Shown piece by piece: positions 1 to 14,100 of a stretch of DNA of 64,000 bases; the first letter of the stretch is position 1; each line of letters begins with the position of its first letter. This DNA is from Eledone cirrhosa (taxonomy: Eukaryota), in contig OZ024740.1 in NCBI GenBank assembly GCA_964016885.1, forward strand, positions 10,602,001 to 10,666,000. The letters are read 5' to 3'. The notes beneath the pieces were generated by a model, which worked only from the letters and a program-made list of their open reading frames with translations, was not told where the DNA came from and made no database searches. The position numbers and the translations under genes are program-made.

Positions 1-157
1 AGGAAATCTGCTGTACTCAGGCCTGGAGAGGGATGGGCTCTGCCGGGCTTAAAATGTTCAAGAAATGCTGTATGTCAATATGGCGCCCCTACGACTCTAT
101 CAGGAGTGACGAGACTAAACTTACAAACACACAAACTAAAAAGAATAAAGCAATTGA

Positions 158-213
158 CTTTTATATTACAGTTAATAATTTAAACCTTTTATATTACAGT
201 TAATCATTTAAAC
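158..213. repeat. 28-bp direct tandem duplication
   Basis: CTTTTATATTACAGTTAAT(A/C)ATTTAAAC occurs twice. Confidence 0.85.
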
Positions 214-392
214 CGGCTGTATCCGGCCAGAATTCTCTCACCTCTTTCTCTTCAAACCAGCTGTAACTCGCCGCTCATACTTATGTTAAGGTATTTTTCT
301 CAAAATAAATAGTATCAAAATCTCATAGATTTGATATTACATGAGATAAAAATACAATAGTATATATAGAGTAATGTAAATAGTAAAGGCCT
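205..392 (+). mobile_element. MITE copy 1 (same family as 918-1576), left end eroded
   Basis: Colinear similarity to 926-1118 plus 1560-1576 (CATTTAAA..GCCAGAATTCTCTCACCTCTTTCT..AATGTAAAT..TAAAGG). Confidence 0.7.
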
Positions 393-499
393 TAGATGCA
401 CTGAAAAATGGGTTTAATGGGAGATCTTTTATACTAAAAATATTGTGGATGGTTATATTATATTTTTATATTTAATTTATTAATATATTTATTATTCAG

Positions 500-572
500 T
501 CAAGTGTGTGTAGAAGGAATTGAAGAAAAATCGTCCAGTCATCAGTTATGGTTGCTTCTTTACCAAGTTCAG
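500..572 (+). CDS. MRM1: Internal coding exon of a SpoU-family rRNA methyltransferase (MRM1-like): (x)QVCVEGIEEKSSSHQLWLLLYQVQ
   Basis: Acceptor ttattattcag ends at 499 and donor gttagt starts at 573. The exon is 73 nt and ends in phase 0. It joins in frame to DPMNFGAILRS at 58062, giving QLWLLLYQVQDPMNFGAILRSA, which matches SpoU motif 1 of MRM1. Confidence 0.82.
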
Positions 573-601
573 GTTAGTTAAGTACTTTCCAACATCATTA
601 A

Positions 602-790
602 TCGGTGGATTGGCAGTATCAGTAGAGGGTCGGATGCCATGCTTTCCAGCATAGTTACGTCCCTTTACGATCTGAGTTCAAATCCCGCCGAGGTTGACTT
701 TGCCTTTCATCCTTACGGGGTCGATAAAATAAAGTATCAGTAATGCACTGGGTAATTGCTGGCCTTGTGCCTAAAGTAGAAACAATTATT
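602..790 (+). mobile_element. tRNA-derived SINE (family 2)
   Basis: B-box-like GAGTTCAAATCC and central GACTTTGCCTTTCATCCTTACGGGGTCGATAAAATAAAGTA. An inverted paralog lies at 62976-63164. Confidence 0.8.
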
Positions 791-917
791 TGTTAATATG
801 TACATCACCTTCCACTTTTTTCCTGAAGCTCCATTGAACCTGTGCTCACCACAGTATCGGTAGTTCCCACTTATACTAACCTTTGCACCCTCACCTCTTT
901 CACCAGTATTTCTTTAA

Positions 918-1576
918 CCCTTTAACATTTAAAACGACTGTATCCAGCCAGAATTCTCTCACCTCTTTCTGTCCAAACCAGGTGTAACCAGCCACTCATA
1001 CTTATGTTAAAGTATTCTCAAAATAAATAATATCAAAATCTCATAGATTCAATATGATGTGAGATATTTATGTGAGATAAAGCTTTTACTGTAAAAATAC
1101 AATAGTATATATAAAGTATGGCTTAGTGGTTAGAGCATTGGCCTTGCAATCGAAAGATTGTGAGTTCAATTCTCAGACCGGGTGATGTGTTGTTTCCTTG
1201 AGCAAGACACTTTATTTCACATTGCTCCAGTTTACTCAACTGTAGAAATGAAATGATAGGACTGGGGTCCCTATCATTCCACTGCAAAGTGGTTGTGGAG
1301 GTGCCACGACAAAAAAGCACCCAGTCCACACTGTAAAGTGGACGTGTAGGCACCACGGAAAAAAAGCACCCAGCACTCACTGTAAATGAAGTTGGTGTTA
1401 GGAAGGGCATCCAGCTGTAGAAATCAAGCCAGAATCAGTTCCCGTATGAACAAGACAAGGTCAGCCGACTGGACACTGCCCACAACAGGACAACCCGTCT
1501 AACCCATGCTACCGTGGAAGAACGGACGTAAAATGGTGATTATGATGATGATGAAAGTAATGTAAATGCTAAAGGA
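918..1576 (+). mobile_element. piggyBac-like MITE with TTAA target-site duplication, interrupted by a SINE
   Basis: TTAA(914-917)-CCCTTTAACATTTA ... TAAATGCTAAAGGA-TTAA(1577-1580). The terminal inverted repeats are imperfect and start with CCC; the flanks are TTAA. Confidence 0.72.
1119..1553 (+). mobile_element. tRNA-derived CORE-type SINE (family 1) with a (GAT)n tail
   Basis: A box TGGCTTAGTGG, B box GAGTTCAATTC, CORE-like CCTTGAGCAAGACACTTTATTTCAC and a GATGATGATG tail. AAAGTA is duplicated at 1113-1118 and 1554-1559. Confidence 0.85.
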
Positions 1577-1997
1577 TTAATCAATTTAAACAGTGTAAAC
1601 CATGACACACTGGGCAGGGTATGTAATACTCCTTACAATTAATACAGGAGGCAAAATAAAGGGGAAAACAAGGGCAACTATTAATACGTGGAGCCCCATA
1701 TTGACATACATCGTTTCTTGGGCATTTTTAAAAAGCCTGGCAGAACCCATCTCCTCTCCAGGAATACAGCAGATTGATAGCAAACCTCCTGAAAGCACCT
1801 CTAATTCTAAAATACAAAATTGTTTATTTTAAAGTGTTTATGGCTGAATTGGTAACTAAAGGGTTCATCAAAATTTTTTATTTTTTTATTATTCCTATTT
1901 TAGCAAGTCATTTGGGTATGAAATACTTGGTTCAGCTCTATACAATACATGATATGTAGAGCAAGTCATGAGCTATGTAAAAAATATAATAAGTAAC

Positions 1998-2153
1998 ATC
2001 ATCATCATTGCCATTTAACGTCCATTTTTCCACACTGGCATTGGTTAGATGAGTTATTATGTTGTGAGCAATGCTAGGTTAGGTAGCCATGTCATGCTCA
2101 TACAGAACCGATTTTTTGCTTGGTTTCTACAGCTGTATGCCCTTCCTAGTGCC
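1998..2153 (-). mobile_element. 3' part of a family 1-like SINE, reverse orientation
   Basis: (CAT)n tail, TTTAACGTCC and GGTTTCTACAGCTGTATGCCCTTCCTA, the reverse complement of the TAGGAAGGGCATCCAGCTGTAGAAA motif at ~1399-1423. Confidence 0.75.
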
Positions 2154-2199
2154 AGGGCATCCAGCTGTAAAAAAACAAAATGCAACAGAAATATGGTTG

Positions 2200-5100
2200 T
2201 ACTTATACCTAGATAACAACACAAGCTACTTATAGTTAGATAGCAACAATATATTTATAGTTAGATAGCAACACAATATAATAGTTATATAGCCACATAA
2301 CATACTTATAGTTAGATAGCAACACAGCCTACTTATAGTTAGATAGCAACACAATATATTTAGAGTTAGATAGCAACACAATATATTTATAGTTAGATAG
2401 CAACACAATATATTTATAGTTAGATAGCAACACAACATACTTATAGTTAGATAGCAACGCAATCTACTTATAGTTAGATAGCAACAGAGGATACTTATAG
2501 TTATATAGAAAAACAACACACTTATAGTTAGATAGCCACACAACATACTTATAGTTAGATAGCAACACAACATACATATAGTTAGATAGCAACACAACAT
2601 ATTTATAGTTAGATAGCAACACAACATATTTATAGTTAGATAGCAACACAACATACATATAGTTAGATAGCAACACAACATACATATAGTTAGATAGCAA
2701 AACAACATATTTATAGTTAGATAGCAACACAGCCTACGTATAGTTAGATAGCAACACATATTTATAGTTAGATAGCAACACAGCCTACTTATAGTTAGAT
2801 AGCGACAGAGCCTACTTATAGTTAGATAGCAACACAACATATTTATAGTTAGATAGCAACACAGCCTACTTATAGTTAGATAGCAATACAACATATTTAT
2901 AGTTAGATAGCAACACAACATATTTATAGTTAGATAGCAACACAGCCTACTTATAGTTAGATAGCAACACAGGATACTTATAGTTAGATAGCAACACAAT
3001 ATATTTATAGTTAGATAGCAACACAACATACTTATAGTTAGATAGCAACACAACCTACTTATAGTTAGATAGCAACACAGGATACTTATAGTTAGATAGA
3101 AAAACAACACACTTATAGTTAGATAGCCACACAACATACTTATAGTTAGATAGCAACACAACATATTTATAGTTAGATAGCAACACAACATATTTATAGT
3201 TAGATAGCAACACAACATATTTATAGTTAGATAGCAACACATCCTATTTATAGTTAGATAGCAACACAGCATATTTATAGTTAGATAGCAACACAACATA
3301 TTTATAGTTAGATAGCAACACAACATACATATAGTTAGATAGCAACACAACATATTTATAGTTAGATAGCAACACAACATATTTATAGTTAGATAGCAAC
3401 AAAACATATTTATAGTTAGATAGCAACACATCCTATTTATAGTTAGATAGCAACACAGCATACTTATAGTTAGATAGAAAAACAACATATTTATAGTTAG
3501 ATAGCAACACAACATACATATAGTTAGATAGCAACACAACATACATATAGTTAGATAGCAACACAACATGCATATAGTTAGATAGCAACACAACATATTT
3601 ATAATTAGATAGCAACACAGCCTACTTATAGTTAGATAGCAACACAACATTTATAGTTAGATAGCAACACAGCCTACTTATCGTTAAATAGCAACACAGC
3701 CTACTTATAGTTAGATAGCAACACAGCCTACTTATAGTTAGATAGCAACACAGTCTACATATAGTTAGATAGCAACACAACATATTTATAGTTAGATAGC
3801 AACACAGCCTACTTATAGTTAGATAGCAACACAACATATTTATAGTTAGATAGCAACACAGCCTACTTATAGTTAGATAGCGACAGAGCCTACTTATAGT
3901 TAGATAGCAACACAACATATTTATAGTTAGATAGCAACACAGCCAACTTATAGTTAGATAGCAACACAACATATTTATAGTTAGATAGCAACACAACATA
4001 TTTATAGTTAGATAGCAACACAGCCTACTTATAGTTAGATAGCAACACAGGATACTTATAGTTAGATAGCAACACAACATATTTATAGTTAGATAGCAAC
4101 ACAATATATTTATAGTTAGATAGCAACACAACATACTTATAGTTAGATAGCAACACAACCTACTTATAGTTAGATAGCAACACAGGATACTTATAGTTAG
4201 ATAGAAAAACAACACACTTATAGTTAGATAGCCACACAACATACTTATAGTTAGATAGCAACACAACATATTTATAGTTAGATAGCAACACAACATATTT
4301 ATAGTTAGATAGCAACACATCCTATTTATAGTTAGATAGCAACACAACATATTTATAGTTAGATAGCAACACAACATATTTATATTTAGATAGCAACACA
4401 ACATACATATAGTTAGATAGCAACACAACATATTTATAGTTAGATAGCAACACAACATATTTATAGTTAGAAAGCAAAACAACATATTTATAGTTAGATA
4501 GCAACACATCCTATTTATAGTTAGATAGCAACACAGCATACTTATAGTTAGATAGAAAAACAACATATTTATAGTTAGATAGCAACACAACATACATATA
4601 GTTAGATAGCAACACAACATACATATAGTTAGATAGCAACACAACATATTTATAGTTAGATAGCAACACAACATATTTATAGTTAGATAACAACACAACC
4701 TACTTATAGTTAGATAGCAACACAACATATTTATAGGTAGATAGCAACACAACATATTTATAGTTAGATAGCAACACAACCTACTTATAGTTAGATAGCA
4801 ACACAGCCTACTTATAGTTAGATAGCAACACAACATATTTATAGTTAGATAGCAACACAGCCTACTTATAGTTAGATAACAACAGAGCCTACTTATAGTT
4901 AGATAGCAACACAACATATTTATAGTTAGATAGCAACACAACATATTTATAGTTAGATAGCAACACAGCCTACTTATAGTTAGATAGCAACACAACATAT
5001 TTATAGATAGATAGCAACACAATATATTTATAGTTAGATAGTAACACAATATATTTATAGTTAGATAGCAACACAGCCTACTTATAGTTAGATAGCGACA

Positions 5101-8100
5101 GAGCCTACTTATAGTAAGATAGCAACACAACATATTTATAGTTAGATATCAACACAGCCTACTTATAGTTAGATAGCAACACAACATATTTATAGTTAGA
5201 TAGCAACACAGCCTACTTATAGTTAGATAGCACAGAGCCTACTTATAGTTAGATAGCAACACAACATATTTATAGTTAGATAGCAACACAGCCTACTTAT
5301 AGTTAGATAGCAACACAACATATTTATAGTTAGATAGCAACACAACATATTTATAATTAGATAGCAACACAGCCTACTTATAGTTAGATAGCAACACAAC
5401 ATTTATAGTTAGATAGCAACACAGCCTACTTATCGTTAAATAGCAACACAGCCTACTTATAGTTAGATAGCAACACAGCCTACTTATAGTTAGATAGCAA
5501 CACAGCCTACATATAGTTAGATAGCAACACAACATATTTATAGTTAGATAGCAACACAGCCTACTTATAGTTAGATAGCAACACAACATATTTATAGTTA
5601 GATAGCAACACAGCCTACTTATAGTTAGATAGCGACAGAGCCTACTTATAGTTAGATAGCAACACAACATATTTATAGTTAGATAGCAACACAGCCTACT
5701 TATAGTTAGATAGCAACACAACATAGTTATAGTTAGATAGCAACACAACATATTTATAGTTAGATAGCAACACAGCCTACTTATAGTTAGATAGCAACAC
5801 AGGATACTTATAGTTAGATAGCAACACAATATATTTATAGTTAGATAGCAACACAATATATTTATAGTTAGATAGCAACACAACATACTTATAGTTAGAT
5901 AGCAACACAACCTACTTATAGTTAGATAGCAACACAGGATACTTATAGTTAGATAGAAAAACAACACACTTATAGTTAGATAGCCACACAACATACTTAT
6001 AGTTAGATAGCAACACAACATATTTATAGTTAGATAGCAACACAACATATTTATAGTTAGATAGCAACACATCCTATTTATAGTTAGATAGCAACACAAC
6101 ATATTTATAGTTAGATAGCAACACAACATATTTATAGTTAGATAGCAACACAACATACATATAGTTAGATAGCAACACAACATATTTATAGTTAGATAGC
6201 AACACAACATATTTATAGTTAGATAGCAACACAACATATTTATAGTTAGATAGCAACACATCCTATTTATAGTTAGATAGCAACACAGCATACTTATAGT
6301 TAGATAGAAAAACAACATATTTATAGTTAGATAGCAACACAACATACATATAGTTAGATAGCAACATAACATACATATAGTTAGATAGCAACACAACATA
6401 CATATAGTTAGATAGCAACACAACATATTTATAGTTAGATAGCAACAGAGCCTACTTATAGTTAGATAGCAACACAACATTTATAGTTAGATAGCAACAC
6501 AGCCTACTCATCGTTAAATAGCAACACAGCCTACTTATAGTTAGATAGCAACACAGCCTACTTATAGTTAGATAGCAACACAGCCTACATATAGTTAGAT
6601 AGCAACACAACATATTTATAGTTAGATAGCAACACAGCCTACTTATAGTTAGATAGCAACACAACATATTTATAGTTAGATAGCAACACAGCCTACTTAT
6701 AGTTAGATAGCAACACAACATATTTATAGTTAGATAGCAACACAACATACTTATAGTTAGATAGCAACACAACCTACTTATAGTTAGATAGCAACACAGG
6801 ATACTTATAGTTAGATAGAAAAACAACACACTTATTGTTAGATAGCCACACAACATACTTATAGTTAGATAGCAACACAACATATTTATAGTTAGATAGC
6901 AACACAACATATTTATAGTTAGATAGCAACACAACATATTTATAGTTAGATAGCAACACATCCTATTTATAGTTAGATAGCAACACAACATATTTATAGT
7001 TAGATAGAAACACAACATACATATAGTTAGATAGCAACACAACATATTTATAGTTAGATAGCAACACAACATATTTATAGTTAGATAGCAACACAACATA
7101 TTTATAGGTAGATAGCAACACAACATATTTATAGTTAGATAGCAACACAACCTACTTATAGTTAGATAGCAACACAGCCTACTTATAGTTAGATAGCAAC
7201 ACAACATATTTATAGTTAGATAGCAACACAGCCTACTTATAGTTAGATAACAACAGAGCCTACTTATAGTTAGATAGCAACACAACATATTTATAGTTAG
7301 ATAGCAACACAACATATTTATAGTTAGATAGCAACACAGCCTACTTATAGTTAGATAGCAACACAACATATTTATAGATAGATAGCAACACAATATATTT
7401 ATAGTTAGATAGTAACACAATATATTTATAGTTAGATAGCAACACAGCCTACTTATAGTTAGATAGCGACAGAGCCTACTTATAGTAAGATAGCAACACA
7501 ACATATTTATAGTTAGATATCAACACAGCCTACTTATAGTTAGATAGCAACACAACATATTTATAGTTAGATAGCAACACAGCCTACTTATAGTTAGATA
7601 GCACAGAGCCTACTTATAGTTAGATAGCAACACAACATATTTATAGTTAGATAGCAACACAGCCTACTTATAGTTAGATAGCAACACAACATATTTATAG
7701 TTAGATAGCAACACAACATATTTATAATTAGATAGCAACACAGCCTACTTATAGTTAGATAGCAACACAACATTTATAGTTAGATAGCAACACAGCCTAC
7801 TTATCGTTAAATAGCAACACAGCCTACTTATAGTTAGATAGCAACACAGCCTACTTATAGTTAGATAGCAACACAGCCTACATATAGTTAGATAGCAACA
7901 CAACATATTTATAGTTAGATAGCAACACAGCCTACTTATAGTTAGATAGCAACACAACATATTTATAGTTAGATAGCAACACAGCCTACTTATAGTTAGA
8001 TAGCGACAGAGCCTACTTATAGTTAGATAGCAACACAACATATTTATAGTTAGATAGCAACACAGCCTACTTATAGTTAGATAGCAACACAACATAGTTA

Positions 8101-11100
8101 TAGTTAGATAGCAACACAACATATTTATAGTTAGATAGCAACACAGCCTACTTATAGTTAGATAGCAACACAGGATACTTATAGTTAGATAGCAACACAA
8201 TATATTTATAGTTAGATAGCAACACAATATATTTATAGTTAGATAGCAACACAACATACTTATAGTTAGATAGCAACACAACCTACTTATAGTTAGATAG
8301 CAACACAGGATACTTATAGTTAGATAGAAAAACAACACACTTATAGTTAGATAGCCACACAACATACTTATAGTTAGATAGCAACACAACATATTTATAG
8401 TTAGATAGCAACACAACATATTTATAGTTAGATAGCAACACATCCTATTTATAGTTAGATAGCAACACAACATATTTATAGTTAGATAGCAACACAACAT
8501 ATTTATAGTTAGATAGCAACACAACATACATATAGTTAGATAGCAACACAACATATTTATAGTTAGATAGCAACACAACATATTTATAGTTAGATAGCAA
8601 CACAACATATTTATAGTTAGATAGCAACACATCCTATTTATAGTTAGATAGCAACACAGCATACTTATAGTTAGATAGAAAAACAACATATTTATAGTTA
8701 GATAGCAACACAACATACATATAGTTAGATAGCAACATAACATACATATAGTTAGATAGCAACACAACATACATATAGTTAGATAGCAACACAACATATT
8801 TATAGTTAGATAGCAACAGAGCCTACTTATAGTTAGATAGCAACACAACATTTATAGTTAGATAGCAACACAGCCTACTCATCGTTAAATAGCAACACAG
8901 CCTACTTATAGTTAGATAGCAACACAGCCTACTTATAGTTAGATAGCAACACAGCCTACATATAGTTAGATAGCAACACAACATATTTATAGTTAGATAG
9001 CAACACAGCCTACTTATAGTTAGATAGCAACACAACATATTTATAGTTAGATAGCAACACAGCCTACTTATAGTTAGATAGCAACACAACATATTTATAG
9101 TTAGATAGCAACACAACATACTTATAGTTAGATAGCAACACAACCTACTTATAGTTAGATAGCAACACAGGATACTTATAGTTAGATAGAAAAACAACAC
9201 ACTTATTGTTAGATAGCCACACAACATACTTATAGTTAGATAGCAACACAACATATTTATAGTTAGATAGCAACACAACATATTTATAGTTAGATAGCAA
9301 CACAACATATTTATAGTTAGATAGCAACACATCCTATTTATAGTTAGATAGCAACACAACATATTTATAGTTAGATAGAAACACAACATACATATAGTTA
9401 GATAGCAACACAACATATTTATAGTTAGATAGCAACACAACATATTTATAGTTAGATAGCAACACAACATATTTATAGTTAGATAGCAACACATCCTATT
9501 TATAGTTAGATAGCAACACAGCATACTTATAGTTAGATAGAAAAACAACATATTTATAGTTAGATAGCAACACAACATACATATAGTTAGATAGCAACAC
9601 AACATATTTATAGTTAGATAGCAACACAACATATTTATAGTTAGATAGCAACACAACATATTTATAGTTAGATAGCAACACAACATATTTATAGTTAGAT
9701 AGCAACACAGCCTACTTATAGTTAGATAACAACAGAGCCTACTTATAGTTAGATAGCAACACAACATATTTATAGTTAGATAGCAACACAACATATTTAT
9801 AGTTAGATAGCAACACAGCCTACTTATAGGTAGCTAGCAACACAACATATTTATAGATAGATAGCAACACAATATATTTATAGTTAGATAGTAACACAAT
9901 ATATTTATAGTTAGATAGCAACACAACATACTTATAGTTATATAGCAACACAGGATACTTATAGTTAGATAGAATAACAACACACTTATAGTTAGATAGC
10001 CACACAACATATTTATAGTTAGATAGCAAGACAACATATTTATAGTTAGATAGCAACACAGCCTACTTATAGTTAGATAGCAACACAGCCTACTTATAGT
10101 TAGATAGCAACACAACATATGTATAGTTAGATAGCAACACAACATATTTATAGTTAGATAGCAACACAACATATTTATAGTTAGATAGCAACACAGCCTA
10201 CTTATAGTTAGATAGCAACACAGCCTACTTATAGTTAGATAGCAACACAACATATTTATAGTTAGATAGCAACACAGCCTACTCATAGTTAGATAGCAAC
10301 ACAACATATTTATAGTTAGATAGCAACACAGCCTACTTATAGTTAGATAGCAACACAACATATTTATAGTTAGATAGCCGCACAACATATTTATAGTTAG
10401 ATAGCAACACAGCCTACTTATAGTTAGATAGCAACACAACATATTTATAGATAGATAGCAACACAATATATTTATAGTTAGATAGCAACACAATATATTT
10501 ATAGTTAGATAGCAACACAACATACTTATAGTTATATAGCAACACAGGATACTTATAGTTAGATAGAATAACAACACACTTATAGTTAGATAGCCACACA
10601 ACATATTTATAGTTAGATAGCAACACAACATATTTATAGTTAGATAGCAACACAGCCTACTTATAGTTAGATAGCAACACAGCCTACTTATAGTTAGATA
10701 GCAACACAATATATTTATAGTTAGATAGCAACACAACATACTTATAGTTATATAGCAACACAGGATACTTATAGTTAGAATAACAACACACTTATAGTTA
10801 GATAGCCACACAACATATTTATAGTTAGATAGCAACACAACATATTTATAGTTAGATAGCAACACAGCCTACTTATAGTTAGATAGCAACACAGCCTACT
10901 TATAGTTAGATAGCAACACAATATGGTTATAGTTAGATAGCAATACAGCCTATTTATAGTTAGATAGCAACACAACATACATATAGTTAGACAGCAACAC
11001 AACATATTTATTGTTAGATAGCAACACAACATACATATAGTTAGATAGCAACACAACATACATATAGTTAGATAGCAAAACAACATATTTATAGTTAGAT

Positions 11101-14100
11101 AGCAACACAGCCTACTTATAGTTAGATAGCAACACAACATGTATAGTTAGATAGCAATACAGCCTACTTATCGTTAAATAGCAACACAGCCTACTTATAG
11201 TTAGATAGCAACACAGCCTACTTGTAGTTAGATAGCAACACAGCCTACTTATAGTTAGATAGCAACACAACATATTTATAGTTAGATAGCAACACAGCCT
11301 ACTTATAGTTAGATAGCAACAGAACATATTTATAGTTAGATAGCAACACAGCCTACTTATAGTTAGATAGCAACACAACATATTTATAGTTAGATAGCAA
11401 CACAGCCTACTTATAGTTAGATAGCGACAGAGCCTACTTATAGTTAGATAGCAACACAACATATTTATAGTTAGATAGCAACACAGCCTACTTATAGTTA
11501 GATAGCAACACAACATAGTTATAGTTAGATAGCAACACAACATATTTATAGTTAGATAGCAACACAGCCTACTTATAGTTAGATAGCAACACAGGATACT
11601 TATAGTTAGATAGCAACACAATATATTTATAGTTAGATAGCAACACAATATATTTATAGTTAGATAGCAACACAACATATTTATAGTTAGATAGCAACAC
11701 ATCCTATTTATAGTTAGATAGCAACACAACATATTTATAGTTAGATAGCAACACAACATATTTATAGTTAGATAGCAACACAACATACATATAGTTAGAT
11801 AGCAACACAACATATTTATAGTTAGATAGCAACACAACATATTTATAGTTAGATAGCAACACAACATATTTATAGTTAGATAGCAACACATCCTATTTAT
11901 AGTTAGATAGCAACACAGCATACTTATAGTTAGATAGAAAAACAACATATTTATAGTTAGATAGCAACACAACATACATATAGTTAGATAGCAACATAAC
12001 ATACATATAGTTAGATAGCAACACAACATACATATAGTTAGATAGCAACACAACATATTTATAGTTAGATAGCAACACAGCCTACTTATAGTTAGATAGC
12101 AACACAACATTTATAGTTAGATAGCAACACAGCCTACTTATCGTTAAATAGCAACACAGCCTACTTATAGTTTGATAGCAACACAGCCTACTTATAGTTA
12201 GATAGCAACACAGTCTACATATAGTTAGATAGCAACACAACATATTTATAGTTAGATAGCAACACAGCCTACTTATAGTTAGATAGCAACACAACATATT
12301 TATAGTTAGATAGCAACACAGCCTACTTATAGTTAGATAGCGACAGAGCCTACTTATAGTTAGATAGCAACACAACATATGTATAGTTAGATAGCAACAC
12401 AGCCTACTTATAGTTAGATAGCAACACAACATATTTATAGTTAGATAGCAACACAACATATTTATAGTTAGATAGCAACACAGCCTACTTATAGTTAGAT
12501 AGCAACACAGGATACTTATAGTTAGATAGCAACACAACATATTTATAGTTAGATAGCAACACAATATATTTATAGTTAGATAGCAACACAACATACTTAT
12601 AGTTAGATAGCAACACAACCTACTTATAGTTAGATAGCAACACAGGATACTTATAGTTAGATAGAAAAACAACACACTTATTGTTAGATAGCCACACAAC
12701 ATACTTATAGTTAGATAGCAACACAACATATTTATAGTTAGATAGCAACACAACATATTTATAGTTAGATAGCAACACAACATATTTATAGTTAGATAGC
12801 AACACATCCTATTTATAGTTAGATAGCAACACAACATATTTATAGTTAGATAGCAACACAACATATTTATAGTTAGATAGAAACACAACATACATATAGT
12901 TAGATAGCAACACAACATATTTATAGTTAGATAGCAACACAACATATTTATAGTTAGATAGCAACACCACATATTTATAGTTAGATAGCAACACATCCTA
13001 TTTATAGTTAGATAGCAACACAGCATACTTATAGTTAGATAGAAAAACAACATATTTATAGTTAGATAGCAACACAACATACATATAGTTAGATAGCAAC
13101 ACAACATATTTATAGTTAGATAACAACACAACCTACTTATAGTTAGATAGCAACACAACATATTTATAGTTAGATAGCAACGCAGCCTACTTATAGTTAG
13201 ATAACAACAGAGCCTACTTATAGTTAGATAGCAACACAACATATTTATAGTTAGATAGCAACACAACATATTTATAGTTAGATAGCAACACAGCCTACTT
13301 ATAGGTAGCTAGCAACACAACATATTTATAGATAGATAGCAACACAATATATTTATAGTTAGATAGTAACACAATATATTTATAGTTAGATAGCAACACA
13401 ACATACTTATAGTTATATAGCAACACAGGATACTTATAGTTAGATAGAATAACAACACACTTATAGTTAGATAGCCACACAACATATTTATAGTTAGATA
13501 GCAACACAACATATTTATAGTTAGATAGCAACACAGCCTACTTATAGTTAGATAGCAACACAGCCTACTTATAGTTAGATAGCAACACAATATGTTTATA
13601 GTTAGATAGCAACACAACATACTTATAGTTATATAGCAACACAGGATACTTATAGTTAGATAGAATAACAACACACTTATAGTTAGATAGCCACACAACA
13701 TATTTATAGTTAGATAGCAAGACAACATATTTATAGTTAGATAGCAACACAGCCTACTTATAGTTAGATAGCAACACAGCCTACTTATAGTTAGATAGCA
13801 ACACAGCCTACTTATAGTTAGATAGCAACACAACATATTTATAGTTAGATAGCAACACAACATATTTATAGTTAGATAGCAACACAGCCTACTTATAGTT
13901 AGATAGCAACACAGCCTACTTATAGTTAGATAGCAACACAACATATTTATAGTTAGATAGCAACACAGCCTACTCATAGTTAGATAGCAACACAACATAT
14001 TTATAGTTAGATAGCAACACAGCCTACTTATAGTTAGATAGCAACACAACATATTTATAGTTAGATAGCCGCACAACATATTTATAGTTAGATAGCAACA

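Noticed and set aside
1119-1185. tRNA gene (also ~59385-59452 and ~605-700)
   Set aside because: A/B boxes are present but there is no complete cloverleaf, and each continues into a SINE body.
1586-1832. Short overlapping ORFs at 1586-1832 as a nested gene
   Set aside because: No recognisable domain. The inverted paralog at 5-88 differs by frame-breaking indels, which indicates non-coding sequence.
1904-1959. Possible extra exon after a strong polypyrimidine tract and TAG at 1903
   Set aside because: All frames stop within 60 nt, and exon 500-572 already joins 58062 seamlessly across the conserved motif. A cryptic or poison acceptor cannot be excluded.
4735-4738. AGGT variant units (also ~7106, ~9828, ~13303) as recursive splice sites
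   Set aside because: No upstream polypyrimidine tract and a weak donor context. They are single-base variants copied by block duplication.
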